64,000 nucleotides of DNA from assembly GCA_025786725.1 (NCBI GenBank), contig JAHLTZ010000003.1:186001-250000 (forward strand), given 5' to 3'. This DNA comes from Syncephalis fuscata S228 (Eukaryota; Fungi; Zoopagomycota). The notes below the pieces were generated by a model, which did no database searches, was not told where the DNA came from, and saw only the letters and a list, made by a program, of their open reading frames with translations. Below, in pieces: positions 1 to 12,705 of the stretch (position 1 is its first letter; each line of letters begins with the position of its first letter). A program made the translations under genes and the position numbers.

Positions 1-1171
1 GTGTCATAATCATGCATATCAAGCCTTACTGTCACTGTTATTATTACCACCTCGCATGAGTACATTATATTAGCCGTCTACTTTTCAACCCGACCAGCTG
101 CTGTTCATACGTGACATGCGTTCATATTGTTCATGATCAAGCATGTTATACCTAAAAATGGCAATTACACGATGACAACCACTTTCATGCTATTGATGCT
201 CTTAACCATGCTTGACCCAATAATATTTACCAAACTGGTCCACTTGTAATCACATTGATTAGCGAGTATGACTGACCATTTGATAACGTGCACCCCACAT
301 ATCATTTACTTTATTTGATTAATAGCTTTGATTGCGACAAGTATCATACTACTACCATGACTGATTGCTTTGCAGTCAAGGTGTGTGTGTGTGTGTGTAC
401 ATGTGTTTTGTGTGCCGTTTGCCTATACTTGTATTTGTGTCTATGCATGGAACACATTTCCTCATGATACCTGCATTAATGTTGAGGTATACAGTCGCCA
501 CAACATAGACTATTTTTAACCAACATACAGAAATGGACTATTGAAGCATTTTTATTATATTTCTTTTACAAACGCCAAGATTTTGGCCATTTGTATCAGT
601 GTATTAATAATGCTAAATAACCAAGTTACAAGTCGGTTCCACTTGAACCACGGTCTCCGGTTTGCGACGATATTCGCGATATAGGAGTCAAAAGTGATAC
701 AATGCAATGGCGAATAACAAACGATCCGGTTAATAAACGACATGCTATATAGCGCCACTGCTGTCAACCATTTGGACCAACGACAGCATGCTTACCATGC
801 GCCTTTATTCTACCTCTGTTATCGGCACGTTTCATTCTCTCTTGCCTTTACTCTCTCGCTTTCACTCTCCCTCGTTCTATTGTTTGGAAACCTTACCTTA
901 GCTTTTTCTATCAAGCTATTTCGCTGCTCGTTTAACTCATTTTGAATTCTTCGTTATTCTACAGCTAATAGTGGCACAGCTTGATTGTGCTTAGAGCTGA
1001 CACCAAGCTAATATATTACCATTTTTGTTATCCCCCACTATCAGTGAACCGTGCCATAACTGGCGTGGCTAGTTGTACGTGTAATCTTACAGCGTATACA
1101 GCGTAACGAGCAGCCGATAACAATTAGACTACTTACGATACACGACACCCAACAACATAGTCTAATTAATC

Positions 1172-2583
1172 ATGGGCCAGCCTGTCTCTACGGCCCAAGA
1201 TAGCCGATTTCTAACCGTCCCAAAGGCAAAGCGTCGCGGCAGTAGTCCAGATACCGATCAGGACACTCGTAGCGCAGAAAGCCATATCTCTCGTCTGTCG
1301 AATCAGTCAAATACTCAAGGAAAAGGGCGGCTTAGTCGCACGGCCTTACTATTTCGCCGTCGCGCTGCTAGCGACACGTGTCGAAAAGAAAGCGAAAGTC
1401 GGAGTAAAACGGGTAGTTTTAAATCATTCGCCTATTTTAGCACGCGACCAAGCAAAGAACATCATATTAAACAGCAACAGGTTAGAACGCAAGAGGAAAT
1501 GGATCGGTAAGTATTAGAGTTAGAGTGGGAGGACGGTAATATGATTAGCGTAATAACTGTATAATAAACAAAACTAAAGCATGGCAATTATTAATTCATG
1601 ATTCGTGTCGTAATATAGGATGGACCAAGATCATTACGCTTGGCTTGAGTTTTTCCATTCAAACTTTATGGCCCCTATCAATAATCCATACACCATTTTA
1701 GATGTTGGTACGGGAACCGGTCTCTGGCTACTTGTAAGTACTATTTAATTGATGCGACAGCGATTTAACGGTTCTGATTTTTGTAGGAAATGTCGGCGCA
1801 ATTTCCCTCGTCAAAACTGATTGGCATCGATCTTAATTATGAAACACCAATGTCGGTCATCCCGCAAAACTGCCAATTTAAAAAAATGGATTTAACAACT
1901 GGTAATTAATCAATTAGTAATTACTACAAACTGATTTAATACTAACATTAACCTACGATTACTATAGGATTGGAATTTGCCGATTTTAGTATCGACTATA
2001 TTCATCATCGTAATGTCTACATGATTCCAATGGATTGCTGGCCCAACTATATCATTGACTGTGCACGTATTCTTCGGCCGTCCGGCTGGCTCGAGATAAT
2101 GGAGACAGATCTTATGTTACGACGCACTGGCCGGAGGGAACACGATTTAACAAACTACTGCGACGTACGATATCGCGCGATGGAGTGAAACCGCGTGCAC
2201 TCACGCATATCGCCAGTTGGATGGCCTCGGACGCAGAGCTTGACAATGTCGAGACACGCGCCTACGAAATTCCACTAATGTCACCGTCAACGACGCTACT
2301 TGCATCTGCAACGCCTACAATGCCAGCGACATCAATGCCTAACCTATCCAGTGCAGCAACCGGCATGCAGCAACAGAATGGTGGCTTCCGATGGGATAGT
2401 TTCTATCGTCAAATGCTTGCATTTTACCCAAATGTTGCCGCCGTCTGCGACGTGGACTTTGACGATTGGAGCTCGCTGTTGGATAACATCGCCGTTGAAG
2501 CACGTACCTTTGGCACTTTTATGCTGCATATGGTGGTATTTGGCCAGAAACCTGGCTGTCCACCAACACCAACACCAATGTAA
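1172..2583 (+). CDS. Class I SAM-dependent methyltransferase (LaeA-like/Methyltransf_23-25 type), multi-exon
   Basis: Spliced exons give ILDVGTGTGLWLL|EMSAQFPSSKLIGIDL, then FADFSIDYIHHR and RILRPSGWLEIME. GT-AG introns are present. One apparent 1-nt deletion near 2130 (restoring it reads TGPEGTRFNKLL). Confidence 0.88.
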
Positions 2584-3180
2584 TTCTCCTTAAGCAGCTA
2601 TTGGTATTACGTTTATTTGATTTTCTTTATATGTACAATTCATCGTCCGTTTGTATCAGCACGTTATATATTACTTTAACATTTATACAATTAACCTAGT
2701 AATTAATCTGTCAATTATGGCTTGATTTGACGTATTACATGTATATCATCTAATACTGTCTATTAACACTACAGTGAGAGTATCAAAGCAACATGCATCT
2801 TTTCACGTGGTTTTTTTCGGTCAATGCAACAAATAGTTAGATTACAAAAAATACATGTTCACCTGACCAGTACTTGATCAAATGCTTGATTATGGCCGAC
2901 AATCATTTTTGAACAGTATTAACTTTTACTTGAAAACAATTAACGCTAAAATAAAACAGTATTATGTTTGGTCGGTTTTTATTTTACATGCATCATTACT
3001 AGTATTTTTATGATTTAAAAATAATGTTTAATAAATTTTAGCTTTATTTATTTATTTAATAAAATTATATTTGCGCCGTTACTATCTATTATTATAATCA
3101 CATCACTATAGGAATGTGATTAAGAAATAAAACATATATTGGAAAGGCAATTAATATTACATATGACCGTGATGTAAGTA

Positions 3181-4835
3181 TAGTATTAGTTATTTCTAAT
3201 AACTAGGAATATGGCAAAATATATTATCTTTATTTATAATACTTTAAAATGTAGATAAAGCGTTAGCTTATAAATTTAAACGTAAATTTATTGCGCCAAT
3301 GCTATGGCGGTATGCAACAGTATTAAAATAATGGTTTTTGCATAATTAAATAGTAAGATGCAATGGTATACGAATTAAAAAACATTAGTAATAATTGCAA
3401 TAATACACTAATAAATGTGTAAAATAGCAGTTTTTTTACCGTTTATGACTTGTATAAACAAAATATAGCAAAATAATTGCCGGATTCGAGTTTTTCATGC
3501 TTAGCTGTAAGGAATGGTATGAAATATAGAACAACGATTTTTGCAACAAAAGTTAGTCAAAAATGCAGTTTACGTTATTTTTAATTTATTTAGTAAAGCG
3601 TTAATAATATTACGTATAACTTTACGTATAATCAAGTAAATTGCCTGATATTTTGCTCAAGTATGCACATAGCATATAGAAAGCTATTGGCAAAGTATAC
3701 CGTAACTTTATTAAATGATGGTGTAATGGTATTGATAATACACTAATAAATGTACAAAATAGTGGTTTTTTACCACTCATGACTTGTATAATTAAAATAC
3801 AGCAAAATGATCGTTGGATTCGATTTTTCCGTGCTTAGTTATACAGATCAGTATAAGAATTGGAGCAATGATTTTTTGCAACAAAGTTAGTTAAAATGCA
3901 ATTTACTTGTTATTAGTTAACAAGAAAGTATGTAAATTTCATGAGTTTAAATTTAATAATAAAGACGAGATTCAATCTAAAGCAAATTCAAAGCGCTCTA
4001 TATTGCTAAAGCAAGCATGATAGCAAGCTATTATATTGAACCAACGATGCACAGCAGCGAGTTATACTATATCTATACGTATAACGTAATTCTCGCTAAC
4101 AAATACTTACGTAACTGCATTTTAACTAACTTTGTTGCAAAAAATCATTGCTCCAATTCTTATACTGATCTGTATAACTAAGCACGGAAAAATCGAATCC
4201 AACGATCATTTTGCTGTATTTTAATTATACAAGTCATGAGTGGTAAAAAACCACTATTTTGTACATTTATTAGTGTATTATCAATACCATTACACCATCA
4301 TTTAATAAAGTTACGGTATACTTTGCCAATAGCTTTCTATATGCTATGTGCATACTTGAGCAAAATATCAGGCAATTTACTTGATTATACGTAAAGTTAT
4401 ACGTAATATTATTAACGCTTTACTAAATAAATTAAAAATAACGTAAACTGCATTTTTGACTAACTTTTGTTGCAAAAATCGTTGTTCTATATTTCATACC
4501 ATTCCTTACAGCTAAGCATGAAAAACTCGAATCCGGCAATTATTTTGCTATATTTTGTTTATACAAGTCATAAACGGTAAAAAAACTGCTATTTTACACA
4601 TTTATTAGTGTATTATTGCAATTATTACTAATGTTTTTTAATTCGTATACCATTGCATCTTACTATTTAATTATGCAAAAACCATTATTTTAATACTGTT
4701 GCATACCGCCATAGCATTGGCGCAATAAATTTACGTTTAAATTTATAAGCTAACGCTTTATCTACATTTTAAAGTATTATAAATAAAGATAATATATTTT
4801 GCCATATTCCTAGTTATTAGAAATAACTAATACTA
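3181..4835. repeat. Long palindrome: 720-bp inverted arms (3181-3900, 4116-4835) around a 215-bp spacer; foldback-like
   Basis: The right arm reads as the reverse complement of the left arm throughout (tagtattagttatttctaataactagg / cctagttattagaaataactaatacta). Each arm also contains a diverged ~170-bp internal direct repeat (about 3400-3572 vs 3736-3906). Confidence 0.95.
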
Positions 4836-6092
4836 CATCTACACAATGGCCGTATTGCTACCGCCCCAGTACTATGTTTCTACTGTTATAATCACGTGGT
4901 TATAGAATTATGTAATTAGACAAATTGTTAATATCGTATGTGAACAGTCACAAAAATAGCACGTATATTGTATATCAGCATTAATTACTAGTAGCAAGCA
5001 ATTACTACAAGATATGGTTAGTAATAATTGTTATTTAAGAGAATATGATTAATCATATGAGCAAATAACGTTGCGTTAATTATGTAAAGTAAAAAACATT
5101 TGAGTTTTACTATTGGCTATATTTACTATAAAATATAACTTTATGTAGTACCAATAAAGATACTATCAGCTTCTAGTTTAATTTTACTTGTAATTAGCGT
5201 AATACAAGCTATTCAGTTTATTATAGTTGAGCTGCGACAATTAATAGCCAATAAAGAATAAATCGCTGCCAAAACGATATCAACCAATCGATAACTTGTA
5301 TCCTGGGTGCTAAGATATGTGTTAGTAAGCATCAAAGGCTAACATCATAGGATAACGTCAGGATAAGGTATTGCTTGGCCATCCAAGCTACAATCGCTAC
5401 AATTGGAGTTGTAGAAGTACAACAAAAAATGGGCTATGATTGCTAGATGTTTAGCCTTGACATTGAATTATGCAAATGCATGCAGCAGCTAGAACTTTCA
5501 CACGCACGTGCATAGCAGCTCTTAAAGATAGCGGCTAGCAGATGAAACAAAGGGCCGCGCTTGACATCATTACTACATCATTTGTTATAATGTCAGCATA
5601 GTAGTAGTGTTAACAACATTAGTAACTACAGCAATAAGAGTGACAGCATTAATAGAATGCAATCCTGTTGTATAAAATTTATGCAAGTCTTGCATGCACC
5701 TCATGAACAGGTTTTCAGTAATAACCTACCTTGGATAAAAAGCGTGCATTTTATCATGTACTATTTACATCTACAAACAATACATGCTTTCGTGCTCTTA
5801 TGCCAAGACCGTTGATTATTTCCATCAATATAAAATCATGCTTTGGCGGCAAACAATCTATACACAGCATTTCCACCATTAGCATTTGTTGTTTACATTC
5901 TTGGATTTATATCCATAGCATCTCTCTTCTTTGTTAAGCATTATTGTATCTTTAGCTGATGCACTCCCTGTATAGTGCATCCACACCAAATCATTGCGTA
6001 ACCGCAGCTTTGGTCTGCATACTCGCCAGTAGATTATAAATTAGATACTTTCCCTGCCCCACTTCTACACTTTGCACTTGCTTACCATTACC

Positions 6093-7319
6093 ATGGGCAA
6101 TCGGTCTTCTCGTGCACAAAATACGGGGCAGATAGGCCGAAGAGCCAGCCTACTTTACGGTAAATTAAGTAGCCGCCGTTTATCGGCCACCCTTAGCTGG
6201 CGAGGAAAGCGTACGAAGCGATCTGATAACTCAATCCGACAGAAATATTTTAAAGATAACTGTGCATCAGGCAATCAAGTTAGACTGAGAAACAAACAGT
6301 CTAACATTTCAACCTATGCCAAATATTCAAGTGTCTGTAAAATCTTTAATGACGAACCATTGTGTAATCATTACGCTTTTCCACAAGATGATGACTTTGG
6401 CGATCTGTAAGTTATTAATGGTTAAACAGGTGTTTATTTAATACTCAAATTACTTATAGAATGGATTTATTTCACTATATTTATCACACATTATTGGAAG
6501 AAATATACACATGCTTTTCGGAATCCAGAGACACTCTTAGACATTGGAGCTGGCACTGGCACTTGGCTTTTGGTAAGTAGAGCATGTCGATTGCTAGGCT
6601 GTTTTAAACTTTAGCTTACAGTACAATAATGGTAGGAAATGGCAAATGCACTGCCCGATTGCCACTGTATCGGTGTTGATATTACTACAAATGTGCCAGA
6701 TAACATTATGCTACCCAATTGTAGATTTGAAAAAATGAATGTACTTAATGGTAAGCTTTTATATTTATTGTTGCTTATTCCTAGCTGCTTCCTAATTATC
6801 TTCTACATAGGCTTAGACTTCTTGGATAACGGGTTTCAATACGTTCATCAGCGTCACATGCTTGCAGCTATTCCCACGGACCATTGGCGCCTACATCTTG
6901 CAGAATGCTACCGTATTGCTGCGCCTAATGGTTGGCTCGAACTTGTCGAGACCGATTACATTATTCGCAATCCGGGCATTGCTGGTGATCAGCTTAATGC
7001 GCTATTGACGACAACAGGTGGCTATCTTGGCTGGGCTGTGGCCGATTTTGCCACACGCATGCCGTGGCTTATGTCATCGGTGGGATTTGGCGATGTCCAG
7101 CCAATTACTTACCGACTTCCCCTGGGCGATTGGGCACCACATCCTCAGCGCAGCCATTGGTCGAATGTTGAGCGATTCTTCACTGCGTTGGCTCCTTCAA
7201 TCTACCAGATCTGCGGTGTTGATGACTCTGCGCTCGCTCGATTACTACATGACGCAAAACTAGAAGCAGATGAATGTGAGTCCTACTGGTTAATTCACAC
7301 GGTTTGTGGCCGTAAATAA
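6093..7319 (+). CDS. Class I SAM-dependent methyltransferase, tandem paralog of 1172-2583
   Basis: LDIGAGTGTWLL|EMANALPDCHCIGVDI, FLDNGFQYVHQR and CYRIAAPNGWLELVE. Intron positions match the upstream paralog. Confidence 0.88.
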
Positions 7320-8253
7320 GATGGTATTTGCACTGGTAATAGCTCGATATTCAAAATAATAAAATAAAATAGCAATTAATGTATAATAAGCGCATTAGTT
7401 ATAGCAGTAATAATCTTAGCAATAATGCTAGCAATATTACTTATAATCAAGTACTGTGATTACTATACTTAAATGTGAGGAAATATACTAGATAATGATG
7501 TATATGTAACGCTTTACAAAAGTGTCGTATCAATTCAACAGGAAATAAACTAAATCAAAGCTAAATGATAATGTAGTGTCTATTGAATTAAGTAGATAAA
7601 CTAGTGTGTTAATTGTTATAATTATAATGTTAACTTGTAAATATCCGATTAAATAATATCTCGATCGATTACGTAAATAATATAACTGACTGTGCTAACT
7701 AAATTGGAAAAGTTATAATAATTATAATCATAACAATTGTAGTGGGAAATTGGTAATGTGGAGCTAATTAAGACTACCAATATGGCAATCGTGCTAATAA
7801 TACTGTAATTAAAGTGTTATTATTCTGTTACTATTACCACTAAATAACACGCACATTATTACTTTGCTTTATTAATCTCCATAGCTCTAAACAGTTTTAT
7901 TCAATAACGTCTATACTCCATCTACCATAGTCCGCTATAGCTTTATTTGACTATTAATCGATGGTCTATGACGAACAGGTGATATGTTTGGGTAGCACAA
8001 CTAGGATCATGTGGCCTGGGTCATGATTGGTTTGACGCATTATCGTTCTATGTGAGCGGAGTTGTTTGTTGATTTTCCTGCCTAGGCACTACTTTCCTTC
8101 GCTCGTCTTCAAACTTTATTGTTGTTAGTCTTTATATTTCTTATTTTTGGTCGCTTCTCTTTTGCAATATCCACTGCGTCAAGTCTTGTACCAAATAGTG
8201 CCACCTAATCACGTTATTCTACCAATTCCTACCGCTAACGCTTTATCGGCACT

Positions 8254-9551
8254 ATGGTGGACGCTTGGGTTCAACCGACGGCCATTTTGGTCGGTGCTGT
8301 TGTGGGCTCGGTTATATTGCATTTTATTTTTCATATGATTTTAAAGTATATTGCCAATCGAACGGCAAACAAGGTTGACGACGACCTTGTAATGTACTGG
8401 TAGGTATATAAGCAAAACAACAACAACAGTAGACGCAGAGATATAAATACAGTTAAGCTAACACCCTAATGAATTCAATTCGCAGTTCTTGGCCAACATT
8501 GTTTATGTTTCCTGTAATGGCTGCACTTATCACATTTCCTTTTCTTGATTTTCTGTCCGACAGTGTGACGAAAACAATTCGACATGTTCTAGTTATTCTG
8601 CTTATTGTAGGCATCACTTGGCTGTGCATCAATGTGGTGCGTGTGGCAGCTAGTGTTGTTGAGCGGCAAAATGACGCAGATAAAGAAAAGGATAATCGGC
8701 AGTATCGTCGTATTCAGACACAGCTAGTCGTTATCACACGCACACTTTACACTGTTATTTTTATCTTGGACTTGCCAGTATACTGATGACGTTTCCGTCA
8801 GCCTGGCAATTCGGGCTTAGTTTACTTGCCAGTGCTGGTGTGGCCGGTTTGATTGTCGGTCTGGCAGCTCGACCCTCAATTGAGAATGTGATCGGTAACT
8901 TGCAAGTGGCTTTAACACAGCCATTTATGCTTGATGATGAAGTTGTTGTTGATGGATACATGGTTTTATTGGTAAGGTAACAAATACATTAATATTCTAA
9001 AATCTAATTTATTTTACAGAGGAAATTGTGGCCCAATATGTTGTAGTGAAAACACCGGATGAACGACGCATCATTGTTCCATTATCTCGTTTTATTTCGG
9101 CCTCATTTGAGAATTGGACCCGTCGGTCTACGTTCAAGATTGGCACCGTTATGCTATATGTCGACTACAAGGCGCCGATTGATGCACTACGTGAGCGTTT
9201 ACGTGAAGTGGCTAGTAGCAATGAATACTGGGATGGTCGTGTATGTAAACTGGAGGTAATTTATAACGATAACACTGTATGATAATAATAGCAATACTAA
9301 TAATGGGCCAATATTAATAGGTTAACGACTGCAGTGCATCTAACATTTCGCTCAAATGTTCACTCAGTGCTACAAGTGCAGGACGTGCCGATTCCTTGTG
9401 TTCCTATGTTCGTGAAAAGATGATTCGCTTTATTGCGGGTGAGGCGCCGTCGGCATTAACACGAACACGAACAGAATTCTCCAGTGCAACCAATGAAGAT
9501 ATTACGCAAATAGTAGCAACCGCCAGTGTGTCAAACAAAACATTGCTATAA
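8254..9551 (+). CDS. Mechanosensitive ion channel, MscS family (bacterial-type), 3 introns
   Basis: LLASAGVAGLIVGLAARPSIENVIGNLQVALTQPFMLDDEVVVDG, EEIVAQYVVVKTPDERRIIVPLSRFISASFENWTR, GTVMLYVDY, WDGRVCKLEV and VREKMIRFI, after N-terminal TM helices. Apparent indels near 8770 and 8960. Confidence 0.9.
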
Positions 9552-9961
9552 TCCAAGGCCGCCTAATAATAATAATAATAACAATAACGATCATAATGAT
9601 AATGTGAATATAATGATTATGAATATATTAATAGCTCGCTCAATATTCAACCTATATACAGCACAAGCCAGTACTGTAATTAGTAAAGTTTAGTATTTAT
9701 ATCACAATTTTTAATTTAATGTGTTCTATTTATTTATTTCCTAATCAATTAAGTAGATCACGCTAAAGGGTGTTGTGTAAAAACAAAAGTGATTATTAAT
9801 AATTCAATTGCATAATTATGAAATAAATAGTTGTATATAAATGGTACACAAATGCAGTTATAATAATAAATATCATTATTGTTGACGAAATATAAAGCTA
9901 TCGTAATGATTAAGATACAACATGTCATATAAGATAAGTTATTGATATGTTTCGATCGACT

Positions 9962-10840
9962 TTAACAGCGAGAAAGAGCCCTATGCCGCGAATTTAGCTG
10001 CCAATTAATAATGGCGGCCGTTACAAGAACTGTGCACATACAAATAGTTGTATTAGAACAATGCTATTAGTGAATGACACACTTTTGTATACATACCATT
10101 GGTGACATATAGTTCGGTAGACCATCGACTAAGGATATTGGTGGCGACCAGACCGGCGCAGAGAATATTTGAAAAAAGGACAAGAAAAACGCCAATAAGA
10201 CCATCTCGTAGCAGAGCAAGATAAACAGACATGCCGGTATCCTTCACAATTTTTCGTACAACATTCAAATAGATGAATGAGAATCCAAACTGAACAATAA
10301 GATCAATTGCAAGTTTGATTAGAACCCAACTTGATCTACGAGCCACTAGATAACAATTGCCATTGTCTGACTCTTCAAATTCAACGGCAACATAGGCGTA
10401 GCCACTAATACCAATGGTGCAGCGATAGCAATGACCGCCAGTGCCAGAAATACATGTTCCTGCTTAACAGTGGTGGATGACTGAAAGGCAAAAGCTACAA
10501 GAATGCCATTAACACATCCGACAGATATGGTCAGACAAGAAAGTGAAAGCTGCTTTGTTATTTCGCAATCAAATATCCAAGGCATAGCATGTCGCAGTAA
10601 AATTACGAAACACACGATTGAACAAATAGACGTTTGTATAATGTTTAAATAAATAATGATCTTTTGACTAAGTGGGCAATGATATTGATGGGATCGGTAG
10701 CAAACACCGATAGCTGAGCGGGAACACCATAAGAAAAGATAGCAAAACACCGTTATCAATATTGTATCAACAAAGTCTTGGTTAGTATGAGCGTAATGAC
10801 CAGTAGGTTTGCTATGGGTCAAAGCGGCTAACGCTGGCAT
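9962..10840 (-). CDS. Orphan 7TM (GPCR-like) membrane protein
   Basis: Hydrophobic ORFs 10346-10864 and 10053-10346 are joined by a frameshift, with a final exon AAIINWQL. Shares PWIFxC, AFAxQS, WxxxKLxxDL and KIVxDTG motifs with 11613-12705. Confidence 0.7.
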
Positions 10841-11612
10841 ACTTAGTCGATTGTTTATGAACACGGGTACAATTTGCCAATTAACAATAAAGTGTTGTTG
10901 TTGTTATAACGACAATGTTTGCGTTATTGTCAGAATATGCAGATGGAAGTTTATGAGCACAACTTTACGCTCAACGTAGTAAATCAAAATAATTAACGTG
11001 AGGGAGGGAGAGAAGGGAGAGAGAGATATAGATGGATGGTAAGGCGTATAAAAAAGCATACAAATTGTTTGTACTAATGAAATAAAACAAAGTAGTCGTG
11101 AAATAAAAGGATTTGGGCAGCAAGCTTGGATCGAGTAAGGTTTATGGTTTGCCAGTAGCCTTTGCCTTCGGAATTGCGCTACAGTATATAATCTATCGAC
11201 TAGACAGACAGAATGTCATGAAAGCTTTTGTGAAATAGGATAGATGATGAGCCACTCGGATAATCAGTCATTGTACACCACTTTGGTCGTACAGTGTTTT
11301 GAATGAGGCGGGATTCCATATAGAATATGTATGTCTGTAATTATCTCGGGTTTAGAACCATCGGTAATGGCAGCTCCGTTACTCGGATAAAACTCTTAGG
11401 ATGAGAGTGTCAGACTATATTCTATACTAATAAAGTGATGTGCCATTAAATCCAGAATTATGGCGACTGTCAATTATAGATAATCGACAACACGTGTTGT
11501 AATACTGTCTAATTTGTTATCTTACATAAGATGCCACCCAAGAACAATAACCGTAATAACCAGGCACCAATACAATTATAAGCTGATACTCGTATGCAAA
11601 TACCGCGCATGA

Positions 11613-12705
11613 CTATGAGTGTACACTGGCAACTGGACACGCCTCAACGTGCTGCGAGGATGCAATATAGCAGCAACAATATGGCGGTTTGGTTGTATTA
11701 GCGTTATGCCAAGATGTCGTCAGCGTTGAAGGAGATGCCGCTATGTGATCGGCAGCAAAATCTATACTAACGATGTCAGGCAAGGGTTTGATCAGTGCTT
11801 TGTGGCGTGTTTTCAGCTGCCAGTTAAGAATGGTCGACACAAGAAGTTCTATACATAAACATACGTAATAATACGAAGCAATGTATTAGAAAGAAATGTT
11901 AGTGTAGCATGCTTTTCTACTTACCATCAATCGAATAGATTAGTACGTGCCATTTTTCAAAGGCATTGCTTGCCACTAGGATGGCACAGACAAGATTCGA
12001 GGCAAGGACAAGAAAGCGGCCCGTAAGGCCGTGAGCAAATACCACTTTGTAGATCGGTAGACCAGTATCGTTGACAATCTTCCGTAGCATATTAAGATAC
12101 GCTAAGGAAAGGCCAAGATTGGTCGTAAGATCAACCATGAGTTTGCCAATAATCCAAGTCTTGCTATCTGCCGTCATCGTACAGTTTCTAAAAGTTGTAA
12201 TGCCCATCTCCATCGCCTTGAAGGCCAGAGCATCAACGACAGTGGTTGCTACTACTGTAAAGACACCAAAGGCCAGCAGTGTGTGTGCACCCTGAGTCGT
12301 TTCCGCTGACTGATAAGCAAACGCGGCCATAATGGCTGTGACACATCCACCGCTTACTGACAATGCGATGGCACACGCTGCTAAATCTACAGTACACTCG
12401 AAAATCCAGGGCGCACAATGATGGATGAGCACAAGTACCCCAACGCAAAAACATACAAATGACTGTAAAGCATTGACAAGAAGCATAAGATTTTGGTTGC
12501 GGGGACAGCGCTGATGTCTGGCCTTCAAGTAGCCGACCAATCCAGCATACGCATTGTAGAAGAAACCGCAACTAATTAATGTAGAAGTCAGTACGTCAAA
12601 CGCGTCTGCACGAAAGGCATTCGGTATCTCCTTCGTTACAAAACTAAACGGTGCAGAAGCAGAATGCACGACAAGATACCGCTTTTCACTGATATCTACT
12701 TCCAT
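11613..12705 (-). CDS. Orphan 7TM (GPCR-like) membrane protein, tandem paralog
   Basis: A 262-aa exon with six to seven hydrophobic segments, an intron after YSID, and a last exon STILNWQLKTRH. Confidence 0.78.

Noticed and set aside
380-398. (GT)n microsatellite; also (CTAT)n near 42650, (AAT)n near 43225 and (TTA)n near 63750
   Set aside because: Ordinary simple repeats with no further structure.
5390-5500. Myb-like fragment (KYNKKWAMIARCL)
   Set aside because: Too short, interrupted by stops, and no second repeat can be reconstructed with confidence.
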